Assembly (NCBI GenBank): GCA_050230475.1
Contig: JBFLGF010000093.1
Span: 62,001 to 126,000 of the forward strand
Reading direction: 5' to 3'
DNA: 64,000 bases
DNA from: Ancylonema sp.
Taxonomy: Eukaryota
The translations under genes and the position numbers were made by a program. Each line of letters begins with the position of its first letter. The first letter of the stretch is position 1. Shown here in pieces: positions 1 through 12,805 of this stretch. The notes below the pieces were generated by a model. The model saw only the letters and a program-made list of their open reading frames with translations. It ran no database searches and had not been told where the DNA came from.

Positions 1-1984
1 TGCAGACCTAGCAAGTCTTGAAAGAGCGATGACGTGGCATCCTGTGACTGCGCTGTCGTGTAGCCATGGCTTGCTTAAAGGCTGGTAACTTATGAACCTA
101 GTCTATGCGCGTAACCGAGTAGTCTTACATGAGGCTGCACTCAGTCCCTCTTGATTAGATGTTGCGTGCGTTACCTCGCCTAGTTTGTTAGTGAACACAA
201 ATTTGAAGCGCGTGACGGATGAATGATTTGTGATAAGCGTATGCCGTCTAGGCGCGGTTGTGGGGAGCGGTGCTCGATAGTTGCATGCCGCCTAGGCGCG
301 ACTATGCGAGTACGGAGTGTGCCTAGGAAGATGGCGTAGCTATGGGATAGCTTGTACGACGGCTTAGCCCTTGTTATAGGCATGAGCTGTACGGTGTGCT
401 TCTATGGTGTGGTGTTCACATGTGTAGCCGTACACGATTGTTATAGGTACGACAACCTCGCATGGTGGAGTCGGAGCGTGAATGGAAATGATTGCCTTTG
501 GGTGATCCAGTTCGAGAGCCAGTAAATGGTGAATCGATGGTGTTGCACCAAGGGTGAGGCATGGATCCCGCGACTCCGGATGGTGGTGAGTTGGAGATAG
601 AGGACAAGTAAGGGTGACTTGCAGCGAATCATGTTTGGCGACGGGTTTGCCAAGAATGATCCTAGCCTTGCGAGGTGCCACATCAGTACGCTTGTTGATG
701 TCGGCTGCTGCAAATTGAATCCGTCCACGTATCGCTTGAAGTGCTGCCCTTTTGGTTTCCATTCGGGCAAGGAAAGTTGCATGAGCTGACGGACTTGGTT
801 GGTTGTAAATGCCTCGCTCATGTATGCTACCCCAAAGGTATCGAGGTTGAATGCTGAGTTGCGTTGAGCCCATGGGTGATGATAGGAACGGACACCATTG
901 TGTCACCTTTGATTTCCTAGTCCACCCGATAGTGGAATCTGTGTCCCCAACTGTCGACGATCCCGCCAATGGGAACAATGAAAGAATTGCCAAGAAGGAT
1001 CGACTACTTGTCTGAGGGTGACAAGGTGAGACGGATTGGAACCGTGGTTTTGAACTTGCCTTGTCCAATGGTGATTGCATAATCTCGTTTGGTTACGCCC
1101 AATGATGTGTTGGTCTGTCCCGAAGAGGCGAGATATTCCTCGCTAGGATCTAAACCAGCCTTGGTGATGCCGAGTTGTTTTGCCATGGTGACACCGATCA
1201 TACAATCTCCTGACCCGGTATCGAGCACCATGTCTCTTGTTGGTTCGACTCCTTCGATGAAGAACGTTTGTTTGTTTTTCTCGATCACAGGCACCGTCCA
1301 ATTTGTGGTGATTCGTGCGTCTGGTTCAATGAATGGTTTGGTGTTCTTTGGTCTGACTGTGGAGTGAATTGCTGGTACCCTGCCCTGCAAAACCACTAGA
1401 ATGCCAGCTTGTAGTTTTTTCCACTTTTCCTTGGTCATGTGATCTCGTGGACAATCTTGCTAGATATAGCCTGGTTGAAACGGCGCATTTATCTTCTACT
1501 TTTTGTGGTAAAGGATGCGGAGGACCTGGTGCTATGCTGGCAACTACAGGTGAGAGTGTGACAGTCTTGTTGGTGAGTACTGCTAGCTGTTCTACTTTCT
1601 CCTGGCTCATGAGAGAGTTGAAAATACCGACACCCGTGACATATGCTGCTTCTTGCACATACCGTTGATGCTCTTTCTTTGTCATGTGCAGGTAGCGGGG
1701 TGTACTTGCCATCGGCATATTGGTGTATGCCGGAACGGAAGATGGTGACTGGGCCATGGGTTGTGTGGAGGACTGCTATTGTAAGTTGCTCCTCAAATTG
1801 GCTAGCTCAGCTTTCAAAGGGTTGATTGCTGTAGTCACGGTTGCTTCAATGTCTTTCCATAGGAGTGGCGGTGCGAACGAAGCACTTGGTTTAAGCTTTT
1901 GAGTGATTAGACGTGCAGGAGATTTGGTGGGCGACAAAACGAACCGTACGCAAAAGGATCTCTATCACTGATGATCAACGAGAC

Positions 1985-1985
1985 N
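1985..1985. other. Assembly gap (single N)
   Basis: The N joins the truncated 3' LTR to the gag/protease junction; the sequence between them is missing. Confidence 0.95.
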
Positions 1986-3403
1986 ATAATCCACATTAGC
2001 ATCGAAAGGTATGTCAGCAAAGCGAGCAAGTCGTGCCTGTGCGTCAGCCTATCGAGCAGCCTCTGGGTTCATCAATGCCATGTCAGATGCTCGATTTCTA
2101 CACTTGTCAATTGAATGCCCTAGATTCTTGCAATATCCGCACTTGATTTCCCCCCTTGAACTTCCCTGATGTGCGTGTCCGACATTGGCAGCTGCTGGCT
2201 ATGCTGCAGGGCACTGAGCAACTCTATGGCCTGCTTGGTGGCACCTGTGGCATTTCCAAGCTCCGGCATGGCCTCCGCCAACGGTTGGTGAAGAACAGTT
2301 TGCCCTACTGTGGCCGAATTGGTGGCAGTTGTAGCATTCGACGCCACCAGCGTCTCTGCGACCAGCTGCACCCCCACCACCAGGTCTGCTGCTGCTTCCA
2401 GCTCCGCTACCCCCTCCAGGTCCACCATAGTTAGCTTGGTGACCTCCTGGTAGCACCCCCCTCGTCCGCTCATTCAGCTCTTTCCGGACGTCGTCGCGCA
2501 GCAGCGCACTCACGATGTGAGGAATCGTAAAAAGGTGCGGTGACGACTACGACCACGGCATGAGCGTAGAAACCAGAGGGCTGTAATGGGTGTTGAGGGA
2601 GTTTAGCAGGTTGATCGCCTCCTTCATCGGCGTCACAGGCGCACCCAGGTTCTTCAATTCTTGGTGGATCTGCTGCAGCCGCTTCACGTAGACGTTGAGG
2701 TCCTCAGCCTCCGCCTGAGTTACAGCGCTTAGCAGCGCCTCAGTGTTGGCGATCTCGATAGCTCCCTGCACCATGTAGAATGTTCTCAGGGCTTCCCACA
2801 TCCCGGCAGTTGTCGTGCACTCCGTGACGTGCGTCAGTTCCGAAGGACCCAAATGTTTCACAATGTATGACATTGCAGCCAGATTATCCTCGTCCCATTT
2901 CTCAAGCTGCGGAAGCTGCTCGGAAATCTGCTGCTCTTTAGCCGGTCCCTCGACATCCACGTCGACCCCCCTAGCAACAAGATGCATCTCATTTTCTGGT
3001 GTCAATGGCATTATAATGTCTGGACGACACCTCCGAAGCAGGCTGTCCCAATCCATGACCACACGATGTAGTTTCTTGTCTGCTAATCCATACTTGACCT
3101 TGAAGGCCCATCCTATGTAATGTGCTCCAGTAAATTGCGGATCGGATTTTGAGATCTATCCGACATTATGGCAGCAGTTGTATAGGATTCTACGAGAAAC
3201 GCAGCTCGAGCTCTCAGTGCAATTCTTGCAATGCAGCACTCAGCTCGATTCCTTGCACCGCAATGTCGAAATTTCGTGCAACACCTAACAACTACGGCTA
3301 AATTTGCCCGCACTGGCAGAATATACCGTTTTCAGAGATCTTTGCAGCGACTCGCGTGGAGCCTGTAGTTTTTAACCAACACGGCGTCTGAACTAGACCG
3401 CAC

Positions 3404-3419
3404 GTGGGCGCCCATAATC
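3404..3419 (-). promoter_or_regulatory. Degenerate half-tRNA-iMet primer binding site
   Basis: Minus strand reads GATTATGGGCGCCCAC directly after the LTR; intact copies GGTTATGGGCCCAC occur at 28962-28975 and 63940-63953. Confidence 0.75.
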
Positions 3420-6187
3420 TTTAAGCTTTTGAGTGATTAGACGTGCAGGAGATTTGGTGGGCGACAAAACGAACCGTACGCAAAAAACGGATCTCTATCT
3501 ATCACTGATGATCCAACGAGACAAGAGTTGCGTGTGTGGAACGAATTTTATTGTGATCGAATCGGGGATGGTAATACCCGATGCGTTTTACATGTCGTTG
3601 TGTGCCGACGGTCGGTTCAATTGACCGTCGGCCTATCGCTGAGTGATAACTCATCTACGTGTCAACGGCACATGCCGGACACTCCTGACATGACAAAAAC
3701 AAACCAATCAAGACACGTCAAGCAATAACGACTCTAAGTGTCGACAACAGATCAGGTGCCCGGACACAATCGTGCCCGGCCCCGCATATAAGCACATCTA
3801 GGAATATTGCTCCCGGTTAGAGTAACCGGTTACAATTGGACTAGCAAGCATAAGGTGGTATGGCTATCCAAATATTCCAACACTTGGTACTGCTGCATGG
3901 TAAAGAGACTGAGGAGGTGGTGATGGTAGAGAACACGTGCAGTCGTGCCTCGTTGACTTCACGGAGTAGGCCAGATGCGGAGGTGGCCTCGGTAATAAAG
4001 ATGCTTTGTTCTCGAGTTCTTGAATCCGTCTTTCGCGCGTTGACCTTGTCGAGTGCTCCTTGCGAAGGGACTCATTGAGAATTTGAAGAGTATATCTTTT
4101 TTCTTGCTCATGTCGAAGAGCCTCGGTGAGATTGTCGATGACCGCCTGTGCGTCCGGTGAAATGCGGGGAAGAGCAGACGGGGTGACACTATAGGATGGG
4201 ACCAAGCGGGTTGGTGAGTGTTGATGTCGATCGGGTGGTTTACTTTCTCTACCTCGATCATGTGAAGGTGATGAGTGTGGAAGTCGCGTTGGGTAAGGAC
4301 ACTGATCCACTTGGTGATCTTATGTTTCGCAGTTGTAACAAATCCCCGATGTCCCGCCTAGGAGCCTTGGTGAGTTGTCGCATGACGCCTCGTGGTGAGA
4401 ATCGTAGCATTCAATCGACTTGTCAATTCGAGATCGAGGGAGATCTGCAGAAAATCGACGTGACGCAAGGAAGTAGATGGAGTTCCTTGGTTAAGCTTGA
4501 ATGAACCCATGGCCGATTAAGGCTGTGGATCGGTTTCTCCTGCTGCTCGGTACTCAGAAGCAACTTTGGTGAGGGTTAATTCGAACCGATCAGCCTTCAA
4601 CATAAGGTCTTCCACCGAGATTGGTGGAGTTGATGTCGTCTCGTACAATTTATTCTCGGTTTCCTGGGTGTACCAAATATCGACCAATTCGCGTACACCT
4701 TCTGGCACGTGTTTCTTCAGTTTCACCACCACTTGTTCAGTCGTCATCGCCTTATGTTCCACAACAATCTGTGCAGGTTCTTTGAAACGACTGTACAAAG
4801 AAGACACGGACTCGGTGGCAGACAATGGTTTGAAGTTCTGGATCTTGGTGATTTGTTCACTGATAGATTGTCAAAAGCGGTCACGTAGCTCCTTGCAAAA
4901 GGTGGTGAGCTCGTCAAGTTCCGTAGATCTTGTGACTGGTGTTGGTCGGTTCATAGGAGTGGTGAGTAATCTGCCTTGTGTCCGCCAATGATACATCTCA
5001 GAATTCTTCTCACGGTGGGTGTCTCTCGTGGCCATGATAGTTGCGTCACCGAGGTTGTCCTTTCGAAATGTCTTCCAGACATCGTGAGCAATACCTTTGG
5101 TGAATTGACCTGCATATTCAATGTTGTCCCACTGAACATGCCCATTCCGTTCGTTCGAAGTTTTGTTTCTGTAGTATGACCACAATGCATCAATGAATTC
5201 CTCTTGTTCGTCTCCTACTTCTCTAGAATAAAGTGGTACTTTCTGTTTCGACATATGTTCGTCACGGGTATCAAAAACGGGTTCTGGTGTGACAATAGTG
5301 TGTATTGTCGATATCACAGCAAAGGGTGCTGCACCGGTGATGAAGACGATGGAATCAGGGTGAAAATCGTCTCGGAAAAGTAGTTTTTGTGGTGAAAAAT
5401 CTGGATCCAGTAAATGGTGAATACACTGCTGCACACCAATATTTGTAGCAAAGCCGTGGTTTCTTAGAAAAATCTGATTTTTGGTGAGATTTTAATCAAC
5501 ACTATATTACAGGTGCGCACAGTTTTTTTAAACAAACAAACAAGTTTGCAGCTCAATCGATAATTTCCCGTGAACTACATCTAGACAGCAGTCTGACAAG
5601 TTTCAGAGCTGTCACGTCAATGGAATGGAAAATGCTATAAGTCAACGCAGAACTATCCAAATCACTTGTCCTTTGGAAGGATGATATATGAAAACAAACA
5701 ACACAGTCTCACAAAACGGCAAGGCGAAAAAAAAATCTGCAGAATGTGACAGCTACACGGAGTTGACAGTGTTCCCAAGGGTGCCTTTTGCGAGAGTTTG
5801 GAAATGGAAATTGAGCTGTTCAGCTCCTCTTTTCTCTTTCAAAGCAGAAATAAAATATCCGTTTACCGAGGCACGGTTTGGACCAATTTTTTTTGCCGAA
5901 CCGATGAAAAATATTCGTTTACCACTAAGGGTGTGGATCGAACGATTTGATGATCACTTATCCGTTTACCGAAATTCGGTGTGGATCGAACAACGAGGGT
6001 ACGAACCGGTACCAGAAATGGATTCAGATGCACAAGATGACCTACGACCAGGATTTGAAAATTAATATACACACGGCTACTGAGCTGATCAGCTATCCAA
6101 CAAAACAAATCGGATGAAACGGGAAGGGGGAAAAAAAACTGACCTTCCAAGCTTGAAGACCTCAATGAAGAGACGCTCTTCCGCTAG

Positions 6188-6939
6188 TCAGTTTAGAGTA
6201 GTTAGTGTAGGTTGAGTCCCTCCTGACCACACAAGCGCTGTATGTGACTTAACAAAGAAGTTTGCCGTAGATGCTACTCGCCGAAAGCTGAGATGCACTC
6301 AACGCAAAGTATTGGGAAGTCTTGGGAAACAATACTAGGGTTAATCAAGCATCGCTAATCACAGCACTTCACAACACGCGACAACTACTGGTTGACGGGA
6401 TTCAGGGCAAATGGCTATAGAATTTCTACAAGGGTTGCAGAATGATTGATGATTGGTTGCTACAGAATACGCACACGATAATGGTCACGATAAATCAAGC
6501 GTCACCGTGAATGAACGATTCACGAATTCAGTAACGGGTGCAGACAATTCAAAGGGTGAATTGTCTGGCTGAGTTTGCACCAAACGGTGCAGCGAATGTC
6601 AACGGCGAAGCGGCATACTTGAAAACGATAGTAGATGATTCAGAGTACACGAATTCACAAAAAGAAGTTTGTTGAGATTCAGACAGCATAAACTTATAGC
6701 GGAGGCTGGCAGTTCGGAAAGCAACTTGGGCTTTAATACAATCGACGCGGCTTTTCGCACGCGGAGTAATCCAGATCTTATCTTGATCTAAGGCTGAAAA
6801 AAATAATCTACTAGAAAGCTAATATCGACTGTCTATTCTAGAGTTCTAGATTTTACACGTGCGGCAGCTCACTAGCCAGGCTGGCTGACTTAAATTCACT
6901 TGGCGCGCACCGGGAATGTACTAACTCGTCGATACGACA
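6188..6939 (-). repeat. Putative 5' LTR of element A
   Basis: Lies upstream of the gag fragments, begins TGTCGTATC on the minus strand and has a TATA-like CTATAAG near 6695. There is no second copy in the window and the 3' end and PBS are not clearly defined. Confidence 0.3.
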
Positions 6940-8307
6940 AAATACTCTGAACCAAAGTCTAAAAAGTGGTACACCGACTTTTGTAGACTTACTGAGTATT
7001 AAAAAAAAATCAAATCAAGCGTCTGACTGATCGAAACTCATATAACGACAGAGTTCGATATAACGACTAAAAATCGACAATTACCAAAATTGCTATTTTT
7101 CGAGCGGATCGACAATTAAAAAGACTTTACTTTCTAACGATCTCTAGCGGCATGACAAACGTCCATGCCGTTTTTCACGTCTCCATGCTACGTCCGTACC
7201 ATGACATGTATGCAATTTTGCTCGGTCGAAGCCGCGGACAAAATACCAACGCCGTCACCGCAAAGGAACAATTTGAGGTATAGGAAATTTTCGACCATCG
7301 TGATGGTGGGTCGGGAAAAAGAAATTGATAAAGTGGAAGAATTACTCCCCGAAAAGTTATTCTTGCGAGCCACTTTCCAACTTTTCTAAGGCGACAAAAA
7401 TCATTTCTGCCTACCACCGGTCAATCAAAAATTAAGTTGGCCGCTTAGTTTAATTTTGGGGGAAAAAGTTGCACCGCGTCTCGCCCCGGTTGAAGCGCAC
7501 CTCAGCCGCGGGCGAAACTGGGTCCTACCTAGTGGAAATTTACCAATGCCGGTTCAATCCGACAATTGGGCCACCCTCCAACCGCCAACCGCCTCGACAA
7601 TTCGATTCTGATTTTTGCAATTTCGACTTGTAGGAAATTGTCCGGCCCGTTGCCTCCGACGAACCAAGAGTTAGCCGCGGATGATCCGCATCCAAAATGG
7701 CGGCGCCGCACGACCTTCGGATATAACCTGACAATATCATTCACAATAAACCAAGGGCACATAAAACGAAAACTGCATTTCTTTGTTCTCTTGTTTATAC
7801 GTTCTAGATTTTTGCATGCGGCAAATTCCAAATCTGTATCATTGCTTACCATTATTTCGTAGCGTACTAGGTCATTTGTTATTTCAAAGTCGAAAATGGC
7901 TTTTGAATTCGTTTTCGCAATTGTTTCGAACGCCATGGTTGCTTCCGAGGGGCAGGGGAGGAAGCTAGTGGCCACGTACAGCAGTAGGGAGCAAAGGTAC
8001 CGAACACAGTCCGTTGACGGGCGCGCGTGGGAGGGCGGACAAGAAGTTAACGAGCTCGCTACGCTGTTGTTTCCGTACCAATAACCACATAATGACATGT
8101 TGACCTCGCCGTACATTTACGAAACTCGGACGGTGTCCTTCGAAAAAATTAATCTTGACGTGGCGCAACAAGAAAACCTGGCGGACATATAAAAATAGTC
8201 ACAAAAAACCGGGAACGAACCAGATGCGCGCTTCGCATTGCAGGAATTGCACTGTAAGGTGAAAGCTACGTGAGAATTTTCGTTGTCCTACACAATTGTT
8301 GCCATAA

Positions 8308-10071
8308 ATGCTGGATAAATCTCAAATTCCGAAATTTACTGGAGCAGATTATAGAGGATGGGCCTATAAGGTCAAGTATGGGCTTGCTGATAAAAAGTTG
8401 CATCGTGTAGTGATGGATTGGGACAGCCTGCTACGGCACCAATATCCGGTGGTCATTTTACCATTAACTCCTATAGATGAGCTTCAGTTCACGGCCAGAG
8501 GGCTCGACATTGATGTCGAGCGGAGGATCATGGCGCACCAGATTTCCCAGCAGCTGCCACTGCTTAAGATTTTGGGACGAGCACAATCTGGCTCCCATGG
8601 CCTACGTTGTGAAGCACTTGGGACCCTCGGAGCAGACGCACGTCACTGACTACACGACAGCTACCGAGATGTGAGAGGCGTTGAAGACGAACTACTTGGT
8701 GCAAGGGGCGGTTGAGATCGCGAATGCGGTGGCGCTATTGAGCGCGGTGATCCAGGCTGAGGCGGAGGACCTCAATGTCTACGTGAATAGGCTGCAACAA
8801 ATCCATCATGACTTAAAGGATCTTGGTGTGTCTGTGACGCCGACGAAGCAGACGATCAACCTGTTGAACTCCCTCAACACTCATTAGAGCCCGATGGTGA
8901 GCCGTACTCATGCCGTGGTCGGAGTCTTCACCACATCTGTTCACGATTTCGCACATCGTGAGTGCGCTGCAAGAAGACGACGTCCGCAAGGAGCTAAATG
9001 ACAAGAAGAGCGGGGCGCTGATGAGGTCACCATGCCAATTACGGTGGACCTGGAGGGGGTAGCGGATTTCAGCGTTCGATCGGCCAATTGCACTCGTTAC
9101 TCAGAATCAAGCTACAACGCAAAGATGCTTTTCCGTACGACAGGAGATTTGCTTGTGGAACATTTATTGTAAAAGTGTCATCATCGGGAGTAAAGTATCC
9201 CGACGATCGTACAACGGACAAACTAGCTTGGACACTTTTCTATAGCCGACGGTCGGAACTTTGACCGTCGGCCAATCACAAACTAGCATCACATGAAAGA
9301 TTCACGGAAACTTGCCGGACTAAACTGGCACCAATCATTCTAGCCAATGGATTGATGACACCGCCCTATAGTCGTGTTTTGACATGACTAACGACTCCAA
9401 GAGATTGACACGCCGTACAAGTGTAGACACGTGCAAAGGCGAACGGATGCCTGGGTGTGGTGTACCCGGCTCCGTGCAACAAAATACTTAGGCTATTATT
9501 CCGGACTAGGCAATCAAGTCAAGTAGGCGCCTATCCAAATAATTCCTAACAGCAAAGCTGGAGGAAGTGGCAAACCTAGTGGTGGGGGTGGCTTTGGTCG
9601 TAGAGACGCTACATGCGTCGAGTGCTTCGGTTGCCATCAATTCGGCCACATCAGGGCGAAATGTCCTTCAATAGTCGGTGGCGGAGGCCATGCCGGAGCT
9701 GGGAAGTGCCATCGGTGCCATCACTCAAGACACAGGGCTGCACAGTGCTCAGCAGCATCGCGAGCAACTGCACATGTTGGACAGGTGAATTAGGGAAGTT
9801 CGGGTGGAAAAATCAAGTGCAGATACTGCAACAATGTCGGGCATTCTATCGAAAAATGTAGAAAACGTGCAACTGACATGGCATTGATGAACCTAGAGGC
9901 TACGCGAAAGGTTGAAGCACAGGCTAGACTTGCCCGTTTTTTAGACACACCTTTCGATGCCAATGCGGATTATCTTGCTTTCGGTACTTTTTCATTCGAT
10001 GTTGCTCGAGCTTTGGTTGTTGGTTCTCACGATGACTCTCTTATCCTGGATGCAAGGGCTACTGCCGACAT
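8308..10071 (+). pseudogene. Ty1/copia gag and start of protease (same family as A1), fragment
   Basis: MLDKSQIPKFTGADYRGWAYKVKYGL..., UBN2-like gag, zinc-knuckle remnants, protease-site remnant SLILDARATADI. Frameshifts and stops; interrupted by a solo LTR. Confidence 0.85.
9067..9551 (-). repeat. Solo copia LTR (same family as LTR 13458-13939)
   Basis: Reverse complement of 13458-13939. Flanked by imperfect TSD GCGGA (9062-9066) / GCAAA (9552-9556) inside gag. Termini TGTTAG...GCTGAAA. Confidence 0.9.
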
Positions 10072-10242
10072 TGTAACGAAAAGCTAGGAGTCAATTCATA
10101 CTTAGAGCCACTTTTGCGGCTAACTATTAATTGTCAACATCGGATATAAAGGCGCAGCCCTTATATCCAGGGGTGGGCTCATGGATATGAGCCCACATAT
10201 TAATTATTTGAGAGCCCGCAGGAACCCCTGGCAGTTCGGGTA

Positions 10243-10568
10243 CCGTATTGGGCACCATAAATGATTTTTGTTCTTTCAAAACGAATCAATTTGTCAATGA
10301 TTTGTAAAAAAAATTCCGGGAATCCGGTAGTTATTATTTATGATTTTTGGCAATGATTTATGGTAACCTACATACAAAATTCAAAACAAATCCAAAAGTG
10401 GTATTAATATCAATAATTTTTGGTTAATGATTCCGACCTCACAGGTATTAATGTAAATGATTGATTTCGGGTTTCAATAATTAATTAAAAATCATTTACG
10501 GCGCCCATAAATGATTGATTTCGGGTTTCAATAATTGATTAAAAATCATTTACGGTGCCCAGTACAGG
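10243..10568. mobile_element. Tc1/mariner-pogo (Tc2-like) MITE
   Basis: TIR CCGTA(C/T)TGGGCACC(A/G)TAAATGATTTT at both ends with TA on each side; a longer relative is at 58169-58837. Confidence 0.85.
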
Positions 10569-10945
10569 TAATTCCGGGATCGGACACGTGGGAAGGATGC
10601 ACCGCGTGCATCCTCTGCCAGTGTGTCGATTGTTCGGTTGACTGCGAAACGACGTTGACTCTCGACAGGAATGTCGTGAAGGTTACAAGACCCAGGGCGC
10701 CGCTCTTAGCGCCCTGTACCTCTTGGCCATCCGCCCCGTCGACAGATTGAGTTGCAGATCGCTGCGAGCTCTGAAATGAGTTGTCAGCTGACGCGCGTAC
10801 TAGCGCACGCAAGCTGATTGCTGCATTACTAAGTATTGGCGGGATCGATTACGCTCTAATACGCTCTAACTCGTGCGCGAGTGTATTGACAGCAGACGTG
10901 TATTACTTGCGCTTGTATTACTTGTATTGCTAACGTGTTCGCAGA

Positions 10946-12805
10946 ATGGGGGACAAGAGTAACATCCCGCAGTTCAGTGGGGCCGCATACAAGGCGTGGG
11001 CGTTCAAGATGCGATTTGGACTCATCGAGAAGAAGCTCCACAAAGGGGTCTTTGAGTTCAAAGGGAAGGCGACAGAACCTCGACCTACGGTTATCGTGCC
11101 TCTGACACAGGCAGATCTGAACCGTCATGCTGATAATGCTGCTAGGATTGCTGCAAATGGTGCTCGTCAAATTTCCATCGATTCCACGAAACCAAAATGT
11201 GATGCATGGGATGAATTTGACTCAACGGCTCAAGCGTATCTTGTTAAGTACCTTGGGTCGACTGAACAAACACATGTTAGGAGGTGTGAATTTTCGTATG
11301 AAATGCGGGAGGCACTTGAGTCTTATTATGTGCTGCAAGGTGACATTGAAATTACCAATGCTACTGCGAGGCTTTCAGCCATCATAATGTATGAAGTTGA
11401 AGAGTTTCCAGTTTATGTCCTTCGCTTGCAGGCACTATATGAAGAGCTCGATGCCCTGGGAAAGCCGCTGACGCCATCGGAGCAGGCCACGTCGCTGCTA
11501 AATTCGTTGAACATGCGCTACAATCTACTGGTGGGATCGGTCATGCTTTGGGCGACAACCACTCCCAGCCACTACACGATTCCGCGCATCGTCTCGGCGC
11601 TGCTGCGGAACAACGTGCGTGAACAGATCAACGAGCGCAAGCGTGTACAGCCAGCTGGTGGCGAGCACCATGCGACTTTCGGGGGAGCCGGCGCAAGCCA
11701 GATTGGCAGGCCGCAGAATGGAGGGGCGAGGGACATGCGCAACGTCCAGTGCCATGGGTGTCGGCTGTACGGGCATTACAAGGCGGACTGCCCAAGTGGA
11801 GAATCGCAGGAGCCGGACACGAGAGTGTGCCATAACTACCATCAGTCTTGCCACCTGAGCCGCAACTGTACGAGGCCCCGGGACAACGGGCAGCAGATCG
11901 GAGGTCGTCAGCAGCAGTATGGGGGAGGAGAGCGTGATCAGCAGCAGCAAAGAGAGCTGCAATGCAGTTATTGCAACAAGCCAGGACACCTCAAGGACCG
12001 GTGTAGGCTTCGGAAGCAGGATGAGGAGGGGTCCGCCAGGTTGGCGGCGTGCGCAAGGGCTGAGTTTGGCCAGAATGCACTCGACTTTAGTGAACAGGAT
12101 GTGGGGATGCTAAATTTTGGGATGGCGGTGTTCGCGAGCGACATGCTAGTGGTGAATGCGGCACTAGAGAGGAAGTTCTTGTTTTTGGATTCTGCGGCAA
12201 CGGATCATATTTTCCCTAGCCGTGCAGACTTCGAGCGATACTCCACCGTGGTGCCAGCCGAAAAAACGCACGTGCGCACGGCTGACGGGAGGGCCCATCC
12301 AGTATTTGGGGTAGGGATGGTGAGGGTGTTATTGAAGAAAGGAGAGTCGGTGGAGGAGGTGATGCTGAATTCCCTTCACGTGCCCAGCTTGGGTCAACAG
12401 TTGGTGAGCATGGATTGCCTCAACAAACGTGGGGGGGTGGGATTTCAGCTTAGTGAGAGGGGGGTGCCTCATTTGTCAAGGTATGGCAGAAATTGGGTGG
12501 ATGTTAGGCGTCATAGTAGTGGCCTATTGATATTACCAGGAGGGGTAGTGAAGCCCAAGCATGAGGGTGACATCAAGGAAGGAGAGGGTGAAGTGAAAGG
12601 GGGAGGGGGTGCAATCAAAGGGGGGGGGAAGGACATGGAAATGAAGGCAAATATGGCTATGGGCATGCTCGGAAAGGGGCACCACAAACCACTCTCCTTC
12701 AACCCTGAAAAGGAACTTTCAGCCCTCCCACCTACCCTTCCAACCCTCAAACCCCATGAACCTGAAGTTTACTGGGCTGGACATGATAGCGGATCTGCTA
12801 GGTGA
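10946..12805 (+). CDS. Intact copia Gag-protease polyprotein (619 aa) of non-autonomous element E, lacking IN/RT/RNase H
   Basis: Uninterrupted ORF: copia gag N-terminus, UBN2-like region, three CCHC-type knuckles (one degenerate), protease FLDSAATDH. It ends about 650 bp before the PPT and 3' LTR. Confidence 0.85.
   Translation: MGDKSNIPQFSGAAYKAWAFKMRFGLIEKKLHKGVFEFKGKATEPRPTVIVPLTQADLNRHADNAARIAANGARQISIDSTKPKCDAWDEFDSTAQAYLVKYLGSTEQTHVRRCEFSYEMREALESYYVLQGDIEITNATARLSAIIMYEVEEFPVYVLRLQALYEELDALGKPLTPSEQATSLLNSLNMRYNLLVGSVMLWATTTPSHYTIPRIVSALLRNNVREQINERKRVQPAGGEHHATFGGAGASQIGRPQNGGARDMRNVQCHGCRLYGHYKADCPSGESQEPDTRVCHNYHQSCHLSRNCTRPRDNGQQIGGRQQQYGGGERDQQQQRELQCSYCNKPGHLKDRCRLRKQDEEGSARLAACARAEFGQNALDFSEQDVGMLNFGMAVFASDMLVVNAALERKFLFLDSAATDHIFPSRADFERYSTVVPAEKTHVRTADGRAHPVFGVGMVRVLLKKGESVEEVMLNSLHVPSLGQQLVSMDCLNKRGGVGFQLSERGVPHLSRYGRNWVDVRRHSSGLLILPGGVVKPKHEGDIKEGEGEVKGGGGAIKGGGKDMEMKANMAMGMLGKGHHKPLSFNPEKELSALPPTLPTLKPHEPEVYWAGHDSGSAR

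Larger units (their letters stand above)
1890..3882 (-). mobile_element. Ty1/copia LTR retrotransposon A1 (internal part collapsed at N gap)
   Basis: 5-bp TSD CTTGG at 1885-1889 and 3883-3887. 5' LTR 3420-3882; end of 3' LTR 1890-1984 matches 3420-3522. Gag pseudogene 3165->1986 with two CCHC knuckles (CYNCHQFGHSRANC, CHRCHQAGHRVAQC). Confidence 0.9.
440..5434 (-). pseudogene. Ty3/gypsy-like gag-protease region (element A), decayed, interrupted by a copia insertion at 1890-3882
   Basis: Minus-strand ORF fragments 4871-5434 and 4517-4825 look gag-like. A retropepsin motif MVLDTGSGDCMIG lies in ORF 1004-1438 and continues through stops as SILLGNSFIVPIGGIVDSWGHRFHYRVD. No RT is recognisable downstream within the window. 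Confidence 0.7.

Noticed and set aside
364..1080. ILSLFPLAG as a possible DNA methyltransferase motif I
   Set aside because: It is an alternative frame of the protease C-terminus, and no other methyltransferase motifs are visible.
1890..1985. A1 as a naturally tiny gag-only element
   Set aside because: The apparent deletion coincides with an N gap, so its true length is unknown.
7529..8116. 195-aa minus-strand ORF
   Set aside because: No recognisable domain; overlaps repeat fragments.
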